A DNA stretch of 64,000 nucleotides from an uncultured Acidobacteriota bacterium (GTDB lineage: Bacteria > Acidobacteriota > Vicinamibacteria > Vicinamibacterales > CAVVIG01), in NCBI GenBank assembly GCA_963712905.1, contig CAVQJU010000014.1, positions 49,261 through 113,260 of the forward strand, read 5' to 3'. The notes under the pieces are model-generated. The model saw nothing but the letters and a program-made list of their open reading frames with translations. It had not been told where the DNA came from and ran no database searches. The position numbers were made by a program, and so were the translations under genes. The stretch's first letter is position 1; every line of letters starts with the position of its first letter. Shown here piece by piece: positions 35,262-43,988 of this stretch.

Positions 35262-36062
35262 ATGAAATCCCTCGCGCTCTGCATCGTCTGCCTGTGGTCC
35301 GCGCCGATCGCGGCCCAGTGGATCAACTATCCGACCCCAGGCGTCCCGAAGGGGCGCGACGGCGCGCCGAATCTCACCGCGCCGGCGCCGCGAACCGGCG
35401 GCAGACCCGATCTGTCCGGCGTGTGGCAAACCCGGATCGTGCCCGGGGCCGAGCCGACGACGGAACCGGTCGCCGGATCGTCGCTCTTTCCGCCGGAGTT
35501 CACCGACATCGCCGCACGCCTGAAAGACGGATTGCCCTACCAGCCGTGGGCGCGCACGCTGTGGGAGTCGCGCCAGGCCAACCTTCGAGCCGACAGCCCG
35601 GCGGGCAAGTGCGATCCGGCTGGCATCCTGCAACGACTCACGAATGTTCTCCCGAAGCGATTCGTCCAGTCGCCGGGCCTGCTCGCGATCTTGTTCGAAG
35701 AACACAACGAGTTCAGGCAAATCCTGACCGATGGGCGCGCCGCGCCCGTCGATCCGCTGCCCGCCTTCAACGGCTACTCCACGGGCAAGTGGGTCGGCGA
35801 TACGCTGGTCGTGACCACCACGGGATTCAAGGACGAATGGTGGGCGGATCGACGCGGCACGCCGCTGACGAGTGCGGCGACGGTGACGGAGAAATACCGT
35901 CGGGTCAACTACGGCAACATGGACCTCGAGATCACCGTCGACGATCCGAAAGCGTACACACGGCCGTGGACGATCACGTTGCCGCAGCAAATTGCGCTCA
36001 ATACCGATCTGATGGAGTACTTCTGCACCGAGAACGAAAGAGACCGGGCACACATTCGTTGA
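35262..36062 (+). CDS. conserved hypothetical secreted protein (paralog of 43131..43979)
   Basis: ATG 35262 with signal peptide MKSLALCIVCLWSAPIAAQ. Blocks shared with the paralog: QW..YPT.GVP, PNL.AP.PRT, GRPDLSGVW, GDTLVV.TTGF, PWT..L and the C-terminal ENE(K/R)D. Confidence 0.65.
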   Translation: MKSLALCIVCLWSAPIAAQWINYPTPGVPKGRDGAPNLTAPAPRTGGRPDLSGVWQTRIVPGAEPTTEPVAGSSLFPPEFTDIAARLKDGLPYQPWARTLWESRQANLRADSPAGKCDPAGILQRLTNVLPKRFVQSPGLLAILFEEHNEFRQILTDGRAAPVDPLPAFNGYSTGKWVGDTLVVTTTGFKDEWWADRRGTPLTSAATVTEKYRRVNYGNMDLEITVDDPKAYTRPWTITLPQQIALNTDLMEYFCTENERDRAHIR

Positions 36063-36173
36063 GACGTTCCCGATCGGGTGTCCACGCCTGCGGTGCACAA
36101 TCGTGCTTGCGATCGCCAACCGCAGGCGTAGACCCCGGCACGCGAATTCGAACGCGCCGCCAGCGGTTGACGG

Positions 36174-36545
36174 TTAGACGCTGGGCGTGAAGTCCTGGCG
36201 GCGGCCGCGTGCGGCCGAGGCGGCATGGCGGATGGCCGCAGCGCCCTTCTCCACACCGCTGCCGACGTCACTGGCCGCGCTCCTCAACTCGTCACCGGCC
36301 GTTGCGGCGACATCTCGCGCCTGCTGATAAGCGTCGCGGCCGGCGTCAGCGACCGCATCGATCGTCTCCGACATTTTCCTGCCCATCGCCGATGCTGAAT
36401 CGACGATCCGCCCGCGCAACTCGGATCCGGCGCGCGGCGCAAGCAACATCCCGACGCCGGCGCCGATGAGCGCGCCGGTGAACAGTCCGGCGATGAACGG
36501 AAGGTTGCTCGATCCCTGGTTGCCATTGTCGAATTCGCTATACAT
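36174..36545 (-). CDS. YtxH domain protein
   Basis: FIAGLFTGALIGAGVGMLLAPRAGSELRGRI is a YtxH-type N-terminus. Confidence 0.7.
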   Translation of the reverse strand: MYSEFDNGNQGSSNLPFIAGLFTGALIGAGVGMLLAPRAGSELRGRIVDSASAMGRKMSETIDAVADAGRDAYQQARDVAATAGDELRSAASDVGSGVEKGAAAIRHAASAARGRRQDFTPSV

Positions 36546-36861
36546 GTCCGTTTCTCCTCTCAGTCACGTTGGGTTCGAGGCTCGTGTAGTTGAATCCGTA
36601 CACATGTAATACACGCCTGCATCAGCGTCCCGCCGATAGCGGCTCAGCTCGCTGGTCGTCTTCGTAGCCGTCGAGCCGGCGTTTGAACCCTCCGGCGGCT
36701 GTACGACGAGCTTCATGCACATCCGTGGCAGCAAAGACCTCGCCACGTCGTGGCTCAGCCAACGCAATCGCAGCTGTTCCGCACGCCTCGGCCCCTGACT
36801 TGCACGATGCACGCATGAACAACACGACGTCATGTGAACCACGGTTGAGGAGAGGTGCGAT

Positions 36862-37065
36862 ATGAACCGGGACGAGATCGAAGGCAAGGTCGAACAGGCG
36901 AAGGGAAAACTCAAGCAGGCTGCGGGGCGCGTCACCGACGATCCCGAGCTTCAGGACGAAGGCGCGGCCGATGAAGCGGCGGGCGATGCGCAGGAGACGT
37001 TCGGCCGCGGCAAGCGCAAGGTCGGCGAGGCGATCGAGGACATCGGCAAAGCCATCAAGCGCTAG
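36862..37065 (+). CDS. CsbD-family stress protein
   Basis: MNRDEIEGKVEQAKGKLKQAAGRVTDDPELQDEG...KVGEAIEDIGKAIK. Confidence 0.85.
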   Translation: MNRDEIEGKVEQAKGKLKQAAGRVTDDPELQDEGAADEAAGDAQETFGRGKRKVGEAIEDIGKAIKR

Positions 37066-37080
37066 TGGGAGGAAACTCTG

Positions 37081-37461
37081 ATGAAACGTGTATTCCAGAC
37101 GCTCACGCTGGCTATCGCATCCGCTGCCGTGTTGAACGCGGCGCCGGCACAGCAGCAGACCGCACCGGACAATACGGGGCGCAATAAGACCGAAGCGACG
37201 ACAGCCGATCAGCAGAAGAACAACAAGTCGGACCTCGAAACGACGCGCCGGATCCGGAAGGCGATCGTTGACGACAAGACGCTGTCCACCTACGCCCACA
37301 ACGTCAAGATCGTCACCGAGGATGGTCAGGTGACGTTGACCGGACCGGTGAACTCGCCGCAGGAGCAGGCGGCGGTCGCGGGCAAGGCCGTGCAGGTCGC
37401 GGGCTCGGGCAAAGTGATCAACCAGACGGAAGTGGCGCCTTCCGCGACATCAGCGAAATAA
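37081..37461 (+). CDS. BON domain protein (secreted)
   Basis: Signal peptide, then TTRRIRKAIVDDKTLSTYAHNVKIVTEDGQVTLTGPVNSPQEQ. Confidence 0.8.
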   Translation: MKRVFQTLTLAIASAAVLNAAPAQQQTAPDNTGRNKTEATTADQQKNNKSDLETTRRIRKAIVDDKTLSTYAHNVKIVTEDGQVTLTGPVNSPQEQAAVAGKAVQVAGSGKVINQTEVAPSATSAK

Positions 37462-37490
37462 GTGCACGCTATTTGGACAGGAGGTTTTGA

Positions 37491-38060
37491 ATGGCAGGCA
37501 AGAACACCTCGGTACTCGGAATCTACAGCACCTACACGGCCGTCGAACGCGCCGTTGATACGCTGAAGGACGCCGGATTCCGCAACACGGACATCTCCGT
37601 GCTGTTTCCGGCCAACGTCGGCAGCAAGGACTTCGCGCACGTGAAAGGCACGAAGGCGCCCGAGGGCGCGACGACGGGCGGCGGGACCGGCGCCGTCGTC
37701 GGCGGCGCGCTCGGCTGGCTCGCGGGCATCGGCGCGCTGGCGATTCCCGGGCTCGGACCCTTCATCGCGGCCGGGCCGATCATGGCCGCGCTGGCCGGCG
37801 GCGCGGTCGGCGGCGCAGTTGGCGGATTTGCCGGCGCCCTGATTGGTCTCGGTATCCCGGAATACGAGGCCAAGCGGTACGAGGGCAGGATCCAGAAGGG
37901 CGGCATCCTGCTGTCGGTCCACTCCGATAACTCGCAGTGGACGAAGAAGGCGAAGGAGATTCTCGAGCGCACTGGCGCAGAGGACATCGCGTCGACAGGC
38001 GAGACGAAGGGCGACTTCGAGAACACCGACAAGCCCCTGCCGCGGGGCGCGACGGCCTAG
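37491..38060 (+). CDS. general stress protein 17M (YflT)-like protein with glycine-zipper membrane segment
   Basis: YSTYTAVERAVDTLKDAGF, a Gly-rich hydrophobic core and IPEYEAKRYEGRIQKGGILLSVH. Confidence 0.55.
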   Translation: MAGKNTSVLGIYSTYTAVERAVDTLKDAGFRNTDISVLFPANVGSKDFAHVKGTKAPEGATTGGGTGAVVGGALGWLAGIGALAIPGLGPFIAAGPIMAALAGGAVGGAVGGFAGALIGLGIPEYEAKRYEGRIQKGGILLSVHSDNSQWTKKAKEILERTGAEDIASTGETKGDFENTDKPLPRGATA

Positions 38061-38116
38061 CAGCAGTCAGCAGTCAGCAGTCAGCAGTCGGCAGTCGGCA
38101 GTCGGCAGTCGGCAGT
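38061..38116. repeat. heptamer tandem array (CAGCAGT x4 then CGGCAGT x4)
   Basis: Starts directly after the stop codon at 38058..38060. Confidence 0.9.
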
Positions 38117-38174
38117 TAGAAAGTTAGACGAAGGAAGGCCAGGGGGTGGGACGTCGCGGTCCCATCTCCTGGCT

Positions 38175-38573
38175 ATGCCGTCCTCAGCATTTCACGACTG
38201 TGGAACCACACTTGCAGCCCATCCGCGCGTGGACCCGGACGGTCGCTGGCAGACGCTCCAGCTTCATCTGCGATCTGCCCGCGCCGCGCGCGAAGCCGGG
38301 GATGTTACGCTCGCGCTGCGGGAGGTCGATGCGGCACTGTCGATCGATCCTGACTATCTCGCGGCTCGCGTCCTGCGCGAGTCGTTAGCCGATTCGCGCC
38401 CTCCGGCCTCACCCCGTCAGCAGCCTCCGCCTGTGGCAACGCCGCCTCAGCCGGAGCGGCAGCCTCCGGACATCCCGACCCCGAAATCTCTCTCGCTCGA
38501 AGAGCGCGCCCGGCGCCGACGCATCGAGCAGTGTTCGCAGTCGAGCCAACGGACCAGGTGCAATCGCGCGTAG
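38175..38573 (+). CDS. hypothetical protein (TPR-like helix pair plus Pro-rich tail)
   Basis: ARAAREAGDVTLALREVDAALSIDPDYLAARVLRESL reads protein-like. The 3' third conflicts with minus-strand lipoprotein-like text at 38590..38765. Confidence 0.35.
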   Translation: MPSSAFHDCGTTLAAHPRVDPDGRWQTLQLHLRSARAAREAGDVTLALREVDAALSIDPDYLAARVLRESLADSRPPASPRQQPPPVATPPQPERQPPDIPTPKSLSLEERARRRRIEQCSQSSQRTRCNRA

Positions 38574-38833
38574 CCGACACTGACAGGGTTCCTTGTCCGC
38601 CGGGAAAACCGCTGGTGTAGCCGCTGCAGTGACTTGGCACTTCTGGGCAGAGGGCGCGACAACTGCGGTCGAGGTTTCGGTGGATGTGCAGGCGGTCGAT
38701 CCCGCGGCGATCGCCAGTAAAAACGCCGGCAGCGAACACCGAACCGGGCGGTGCCGAGTGAGCACGCCGCGGCACGTGCATTCTCTGCGCCAGCTTCAGG
38801 CGCGCCGGTCCTCGGTGTCGGCGCTATAGTGGT

Positions 38834-39583
38834 GTGAGGGGCGTGGCGCATGCGTGCACAGCTGACCTTCATCCTGCTGCTCGGCCTTTCCGCCGTCGCC
38901 GGAGCGCAACACCGCGCGCACCATGGGGCGCAACACTCATCAGCCCCGGCAGTCGGGGCTGTTCCCGAGCTGCCACCGTCGGCTTGCCGCTGCCTTCGAT
39001 TGGCCTGCCGCATCCACCGACAGGGCTGCCTCCACTTACGGCATCGGCCAGACCAAGCGGCGTTCGACAGACACGTCGCCCCACGGCGGGCCGCTACAAC
39101 TCGCGCCGGTTGCCATCCGCGGTCTACATCGTCCCGGCCTTTGTTGGTGACGTCAGTGCCGTTGCGCCTGACGTGTCCGCCGCCACCGATCCGGCGGCCT
39201 TCGGCGGCTTCCTTCGCGTGGATGTACCACCCGGCGTCGTCGGGCAGGTGTATCTCGACGGCTACTACGTCGGCACGACCGAGGATCTCAACCGGGCGAT
39301 GGATGTGACAAGCGGACGGCACTCGATCGAGATCCGCGCCGACGGATACCAGCCGGCTCAGGATGACATCGCCGTGGCCGCCGGCCGATCGGTAACCTAC
39401 CGAGGCCTGCTGACGCGTGCGCCAGAGCCCCCGGCGCCAGTCAGCGTGTCAGCAGCCGTGGAATCCACCCGGCCGAAGACGTTCTATGTGATACCCGGCT
39501 GCTATGTCGGCGACGTCCTCCCCGACGAGAGCAACGTGCCTGCCGGGTGCGACCCGCAGCGCGCCATCGCCGTTCGGCGCTGA
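38834..39583 (+). CDS. PEGA-like domain protein, N-terminus uncertain
   Basis: LRVDVPPGVVGQVYLDGYYVGTT...GRHSIEIRADGYQPAQDDIAV is a PEGA-like block. A good signal peptide (MRAQLTFILLLGLSAVAGAQ, from 38850) sits in a different frame. Confidence 0.5.
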   Translation: MRGVAHACTADLHPAARPFRRRRSATPRAPWGATLISPGSRGCSRAATVGLPLPSIGLPHPPTGLPPLTASARPSGVRQTRRPTAGRYNSRRLPSAVYIVPAFVGDVSAVAPDVSAATDPAAFGGFLRVDVPPGVVGQVYLDGYYVGTTEDLNRAMDVTSGRHSIEIRADGYQPAQDDIAVAAGRSVTYRGLLTRAPEPPAPVSVSAAVESTRPKTFYVIPGCYVGDVLPDESNVPAGCDPQRAIAVRR

Positions 39584-39807
39584 CCATTCCCCACCTCGTC
39601 TCCTTACGACGGCGGTAAATCGATCGACGTGTTTCGGCTCGGGCGTTTGCGATCGCGGGCAGCGCGAACGAATCAGCTAGCCGGCAACATTCGCGCTGTG
39701 AGCACGTTGCACATAGTCATCAGTATTGGCGCCATTGGCCTTCGGCTTGCGGACACCGCGACTCCGAGGCGCTGACGTTTCGATCGTTCGAAATGAATGG
39801 AGGACCT

Positions 39808-40209
39808 ATGGCAAATCGTGTCGAGGCGCTCGGGGACAGCACATCACTGACACGCCGTGAGTTCAGTCTCGAGGCTGCTCTCGCGATATTGGCCGGCTGC
39901 GTCATTACAGTTTCCGACATCGCTTGTGGCGACAGCACGCCACCCACCACGCCCACGCCCCCGCCCGGGTCCTCGTCCGATGTGAACGGGAGCGTCTCTG
40001 CCAATCACGGACATGTGGCAACGATTACGGGCGCGCAGATCACCGCGGGCAGTGCCATCGCGCTGAACATCCAGGGCACCGCGACGCATCCGCACACCGT
40101 GATGGTTTCGCAGGCCGATCTGACATCGCTCAAGAACCGCCAGGCCGCCACGCTCCCGTCGTCGACGGACAGCGGGCACTCGCACACGGTGACGTTCACG
40201 CCGTCATAG
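39808..40209 (+). CDS. Tat-signal lipoprotein with three His motifs (NHGH, HPH, GHSH)
   Basis: GGAGGA precedes ATG 39808. Twin-arginine TRREF, lipobox LAGC, Pro/Thr linker, then NHGHVATITGAQITAG...GTATHPHTVMVS...DSGHSHTVTF. Confidence 0.6.
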   Translation: MANRVEALGDSTSLTRREFSLEAALAILAGCVITVSDIACGDSTPPTTPTPPPGSSSDVNGSVSANHGHVATITGAQITAGSAIALNIQGTATHPHTVMVSQADLTSLKNRQAATLPSSTDSGHSHTVTFTPS

Positions 40210-40269
40210 TCCGGGCGACGCGGGTCTGGAGAGGTTGCACGCGGCGGCAGCGGATGCGACAGTGGGGGA

Positions 40270-40824
40270 GTGAAAGACTCCGTCTACAGTCCCGTTCAAA
40301 AGGATCGCGCGACGTTCCTCACGACCTCGCGCGCGAGTGGCGGCGAAGTGACGCTGATCGAGATCGAGCTGGCGCCGGGCGGCGGCAACGCGCTCCATTA
40401 CCATACGGCGTTCACCGAGCACTTCAGCGTTCAGAGCGGCCGGTTGGGTGTCCGCATCGGCGAGGAGACACGCATGCTCGCCCCGGGTGAGTCGGCACTC
40501 GTGCCTCTGCGAGAACCCCACCAGTTTTTCAACCGCACGCCGGACGCCGTGGTCTTCCACGTGGAGTTGCGGCCCGGCAGCGCGGGCTTCGAAAGCGCGA
40601 TTCGTATCGCGTACGGGCTGGCCGCCGATGGCCGGACCAATCAGAAGGGAATTCCTCGTTCGCTCCTGGACCTTGCGATTCTGACGGCGATGGCCGGGAC
40701 CTATCCGACAGGGATCGCGGGTCTGGCGGCTGCGCTCCTTGGAGGTCTCGCGTCGACGGGGATGGGCCGGCGGCGCCGGGCCGCGTTGATGGCGCGTTAC
40801 TGTCCGGCCGGTGATGTCGCTTGA
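40270..40824 (+). CDS. cupin domain protein
   Basis: GGGNALHYHTAFTEHF...G....L.PGESALVPLREPHQF (cupin motifs 1 and 2) plus a hydrophobic C-terminal extension. Confidence 0.7.
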   Translation: MKDSVYSPVQKDRATFLTTSRASGGEVTLIEIELAPGGGNALHYHTAFTEHFSVQSGRLGVRIGEETRMLAPGESALVPLREPHQFFNRTPDAVVFHVELRPGSAGFESAIRIAYGLAADGRTNQKGIPRSLLDLAILTAMAGTYPTGIAGLAAALLGGLASTGMGRRRRAALMARYCPAGDVA

Positions 40825-41125
40825 TGAAGCGTCGCGAGAATGGCCGAGTAGCGCCACGTCGGCGAAACGTTTCACGGGCGCGTGCACTAAGTAGGGGGCG
40901 TCAGCCTCGAGATCGTCGCTCATGGGCGCGTTGCCGTGTCGTTCCTGCCGGCAATCGAAGCGGCGTTCGCGCACCTGGTGATGGCCTGCCAGATGGCCGG
41001 CCTCGACGATATCAAGAAGACGTTGACTATCAGCGATGAGGCCCACGTCCAGCCCGTCAAGAACAACACGGACCGCTCGGACCGCGCCGCCGCCATGTGA
41101 GCGGATCTCGGGCGCGCGACTCGGG

Positions 41126-41671
41126 CTATTGCGGTCTGGGCCACGCGATCGGCCCGGTCGCGAATCGCTGAAACAACTGGCTCAGGAGCTCGGCGTTACC
41201 GCCGGCGAGATAGTCGTAGGCGGCATCCCATTCCGCGCCGCTCTTCCAACCTGTCTGCACGAGCGTCACCTTCGTTGACGAGGGTGACACCGGCGAGAAC
41301 TCGAATGTCGCCTGCGTCCGTGTTTCGCGCACGACCGGAAACCGATCTGGTGCGAGCGCCGAGATCACGATCTGGCGTTTCGGCGTCAACGACAGGATGG
41401 TCCCGCCTCCCGTGCTCTGCGGGAAGATCGCCAGCCAGTCCCCGCCGGGCCTCGCTTCGACCCGGACGTCGCGCCACAACCAGGACGCGAGGCCGTCGGC
41501 CGTCGTAAACGCGGCCCACACGGCGTCGAGCGATCCGGCCACGGTCACTTCGAACTGAAGGGCCCTGGCCGGAGACGTCACTTTCGTGACGGTCACCGGG
41601 CCAGCCCCACGAATCGCGGGCGCCAGAACCGCCGCAAGCACCAACGCTCCTGCCATCGCTTTCGTCATCAT
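41126..41671 (-). CDS. SRPBCC (AHSA1/START-like) family protein, secreted
   Basis: ATG 41671 is in an ATGA overlap with the tetR stop. Signal peptide is followed by LDAVWAAFTTADGLASWL, typical of AHSA1-like proteins. Confidence 0.7.
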   Translation of the reverse strand: MMTKAMAGALVLAAVLAPAIRGAGPVTVTKVTSPARALQFEVTVAGSLDAVWAAFTTADGLASWLWRDVRVEARPGGDWLAIFPQSTGGGTILSLTPKRQIVISALAPDRFPVVRETRTQATFEFSPVSPSSTKVTLVQTGWKSGAEWDAAYDYLAGGNAELLSQLFQRFATGPIAWPRPQ

Positions 41672-42258
41672 CGCGCTCTCCCTGGCTTCTTCTTCATGAG
41701 GCCGTTGAAATGAACCCGCAGCTGCCGGATGCACGCGTCGAACGGCTCGATCGACCGGAACGCCCGCGACTGCATGACGCCGCCTTCCATCACCGTCAGC
41801 ACGAATGCGGCGACGTCCTTCGGCTTCGCGATACCGGCTTCGCGCACGCACGCCTCGACGGCCTTGCGCCACGCGGTGAAGTTCCGTGCGATGCGCTCGT
41901 GCGCGGGAGCGTTCTCGGCGTCGAGCTCGAGCGCCAGCCGGCCGATGGGGCAGCCGTACTGGCAGTTGGTGCCGACGAGCCGGTCGCGGTACGAGCCGAG
42001 CAAGGCAAAGATGCGTTCGACAGGGGCCTGGTGCTTCTCGAAGGCGGGCTGAATGACGTGCGGGTCGAGGAGATCTTCGTACGTCTCGAGGACGGTCCGC
42101 AGGACGGCGTCCTTGCTCTCGAAGAAGTGATAGAAGCTGCCACTGTTGGCGCCCGCCCGCTGGAGCAGTTCCGCGAGCCCGGTCGCCGCGTAGCCCTTTT
42201 CCCAGAAGAGATCGCGCGCCGCCTCCACGATCCGCTGCCGGGTATCGCTGGTCTTCAT
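41668..42258 (-). CDS. TetR/AcrR family transcriptional regulator
   Basis: RQRIVEAARDLFWEKGYAATGLAELLQRAGANSGSFYHFF is an HTH signature. Confidence 0.9.
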   Translation of the reverse strand: MKTSDTRQRIVEAARDLFWEKGYAATGLAELLQRAGANSGSFYHFFESKDAVLRTVLETYEDLLDPHVIQPAFEKHQAPVERIFALLGSYRDRLVGTNCQYGCPIGRLALELDAENAPAHERIARNFTAWRKAVEACVREAGIAKPKDVAAFVLTVMEGGVMQSRAFRSIEPFDACIRQLRVHFNGLMKKKPGRAR

Positions 42259-42358
42259 ACTTGAACGATCAACTAAATCACGTCGCCGGGCGGCCTGTCA
42301 AGCCACGCCGCGACCTCACTGGGCGTTACCCGGCGGGGCGTCGGCTTCGTTTGGTCGC

Positions 42359-42379
42359 ATTACGAATTACGAATTACGG
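42359..42379. repeat. heptamer tandem array (ATTACGA, 3 units)
   Basis: attacga attacga attacgg upstream of ORF 42404. Confidence 0.7.
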
Positions 42380-42403
42380 CTCAGCTGTGAGAAACTGCCC
42401 GCT

Positions 42404-42649
42404 ATGACCTATCTCAAGGCCATTATCGTGGGCGTCGCGACGGCACTGCTCGCGGCGGTTCTCCTGGTCGTTGGGATGTTCGTGCTGCCGGCGTGGCTCT
42501 CGATGGCCTTCAGCGGCTCAGGGGGCATCGGAGCCGTGTCAGTCGGGTCCGGCGCCACCGCGCTGGTGCTGGTGCTGATCGTGGGCTTCGCCCTCGGTTT
42601 CTTCTGGACCCTTCGACGACGCAAACGTCGAGGGAAGTCCCTGCCCTGA
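42404..42649 (+). CDS. hypothetical small membrane protein
   Basis: 81 aa with two to three hydrophobic segments and a basic C-terminus RRRKRRGK. Confidence 0.5.
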   Translation: MTYLKAIIVGVATALLAAVLLVVGMFVLPAWLSMAFSGSGGIGAVSVGSGATALVLVLIVGFALGFFWTLRRRKRRGKSLP

Positions 42650-42671
42650 TCGTGGCGGCGGCCCGCTCGAG

Positions 42672-43076
42672 TCAGTTCGCGAGCATGTGCAGCACGACAA
42701 CCGCCAGGACCCCCGCTGATGTGAACGTCGTCCCGGCGACGAAAAACGTCGCGATCGGAGCCGGCAGCGTCGCGAGCGATGGGCGCACGGCGATCGGGAG
42801 CTCGACGGCCCGGTTCCAGCCGCTCAGCAAGGTGACGCATCCGGCGGCCAGCACGGCCAGCGGCAGCATCAGGAGCAGCAACCACAGCGTCCACATCCGC
42901 GCCGAATACCACGTGACGATCCCCTGGGCGACCCGCGCCAGCTCGTATTGCGGCGGGTCGCCTGCGCCCACGAGGACGGCGGCCAGGAACAGGACAGCGG
43001 GGAAGATGAGGGCTGCCTGCAGGCCGGCGATGAGGCGTATCAGCGTGCGCATGAAGCTTTGTAACACAAAGTTCAC
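42672..43076 (-). CDS. hypothetical membrane protein
   Basis: 134 aa with four hydrophobic segments and no family recognised. Confidence 0.5.
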   Translation of the reverse strand: MNFVLQSFMRTLIRLIAGLQAALIFPAVLFLAAVLVGAGDPPQYELARVAQGIVTWYSARMWTLWLLLLMLPLAVLAAGCVTLLSGWNRAVELPIAVRPSLATLPAPIATFFVAGTTFTSAGVLAVVVLHMLAN

Positions 43077-43130
43077 GCGCCGGCAAGGAGGTCTCGGCTA
43101 GAATGAGGCCGGAATCGACTGCTCCAGGAG

Positions 43131-43979
43131 GTGGACATGCGGGAAGAAGCGCCGCGCCGTGCCGTTCGGATGGGCACGCGCCTGGCCGCCGTCCTGACGG
43201 TGCTGTGGGTTCAATGGATCTGTCTCGACGCGCAGTGGCTGCGCTACCCGACCGCCGGCGTGCCGAGAACATCGGCCGGCCTTCCGAACCTCAACGCGCC
43301 GCCACCAAGAACGGCCGACGGCAAACCGGATTTCTCGGGCGTCTGGGACGTGGAGCACAACCGGCCCTGTCCCCCAGACGGCTGCGCGGACATGCCGGTC
43401 GGGCGCGAATTCATCGACGTGGGCTGGAGCCTCCAGGGCGGCCTGCCGTATCTCCCGTGGGCAAAGGCCCTGGCAAAAAAGCGCACCGAGGAGCTCAGGG
43501 TGGAGGACCCGACCTCTTTCTGCCTCCCCATCGGCATCGTGCGGCTGCACACGATGGCGTTGCTGAAGAAAATTGTCCAGACGCCGGGGCTCCTCGTCAT
43601 TCTCAACGAGCACAACGCCACCTACCGGCAGATCTTCACGGACGGACGGCCACTGCCGGTGGATCCGAATCCGTCATGGGTCGGCTATTCCTCGGGACGC
43701 TGGGAAGGCGACACGCTCGTCGTCCAGAGCACGGGCTTTCGCGACGGGCTGTGGCTCGACGCCAACGGCAGCCCGCTGACTGAAGGCGCACGTCTGACGG
43801 AGAAGTTCCGAAGGATCAGCTACGGGAAGCTCCAAATCGACGTAACCGTCGACGATTTGAAGGCGTACAGCGCCCCGTGGACGGTGAGGCTCAATCAGTT
43901 CCTCGCGCTCGACACCGATCTGGTCGACTACATCTGCAACGAGAACGAAAAGGACATCCCGCACCTGGTGGGGAAGTAG
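43131..43979 (+). CDS. conserved hypothetical secreted protein (paralog of 35262..36062)
   Basis: Same block order as 35262..36062 (QWLRYPTAGVP, PNLNAPPPRTADGKPDFSGVW, GDTLVVQSTGF, PWTVRL, NENEKD). An internal start at 43170 is possible. Confidence 0.65.
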   Translation: MDMREEAPRRAVRMGTRLAAVLTVLWVQWICLDAQWLRYPTAGVPRTSAGLPNLNAPPPRTADGKPDFSGVWDVEHNRPCPPDGCADMPVGREFIDVGWSLQGGLPYLPWAKALAKKRTEELRVEDPTSFCLPIGIVRLHTMALLKKIVQTPGLLVILNEHNATYRQIFTDGRPLPVDPNPSWVGYSSGRWEGDTLVVQSTGFRDGLWLDANGSPLTEGARLTEKFRRISYGKLQIDVTVDDLKAYSAPWTVRLNQFLALDTDLVDYICNENEKDIPHLVGK

Positions 43980-43988
43980 CGCAAGCCG

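Noticed and set aside
2165-38116. Tandem 7-9-nt arrays considered as CRISPR arrays
   Set aside because: The units are 7-9 nt with no unique spacers between them, the arrays are under 80 nt, and no cas genes are present. These are microsatellite-like repeats, not CRISPR.
40891-41098. Short plus-strand frame VSFLPAIEAAFAHLVMACQMAGLDDIKKTLTISDEAHVQPVKNNTDRSDRAAAM between the cupin and SRPBCC genes
   Set aside because: It reads protein-like but has no clear start codon or ribosome-binding site, is under 60 codons, and matches no family I recognise. It may be a gene fragment.
42261-42272. TTGAACGATCAA imperfect palindrome just upstream of tetR, considered as its operator
   Set aside because: Only the outer TTGA/TCAA arms are symmetric (two central mismatches), and it is a single occurrence. 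That is insufficient to call a binding site.
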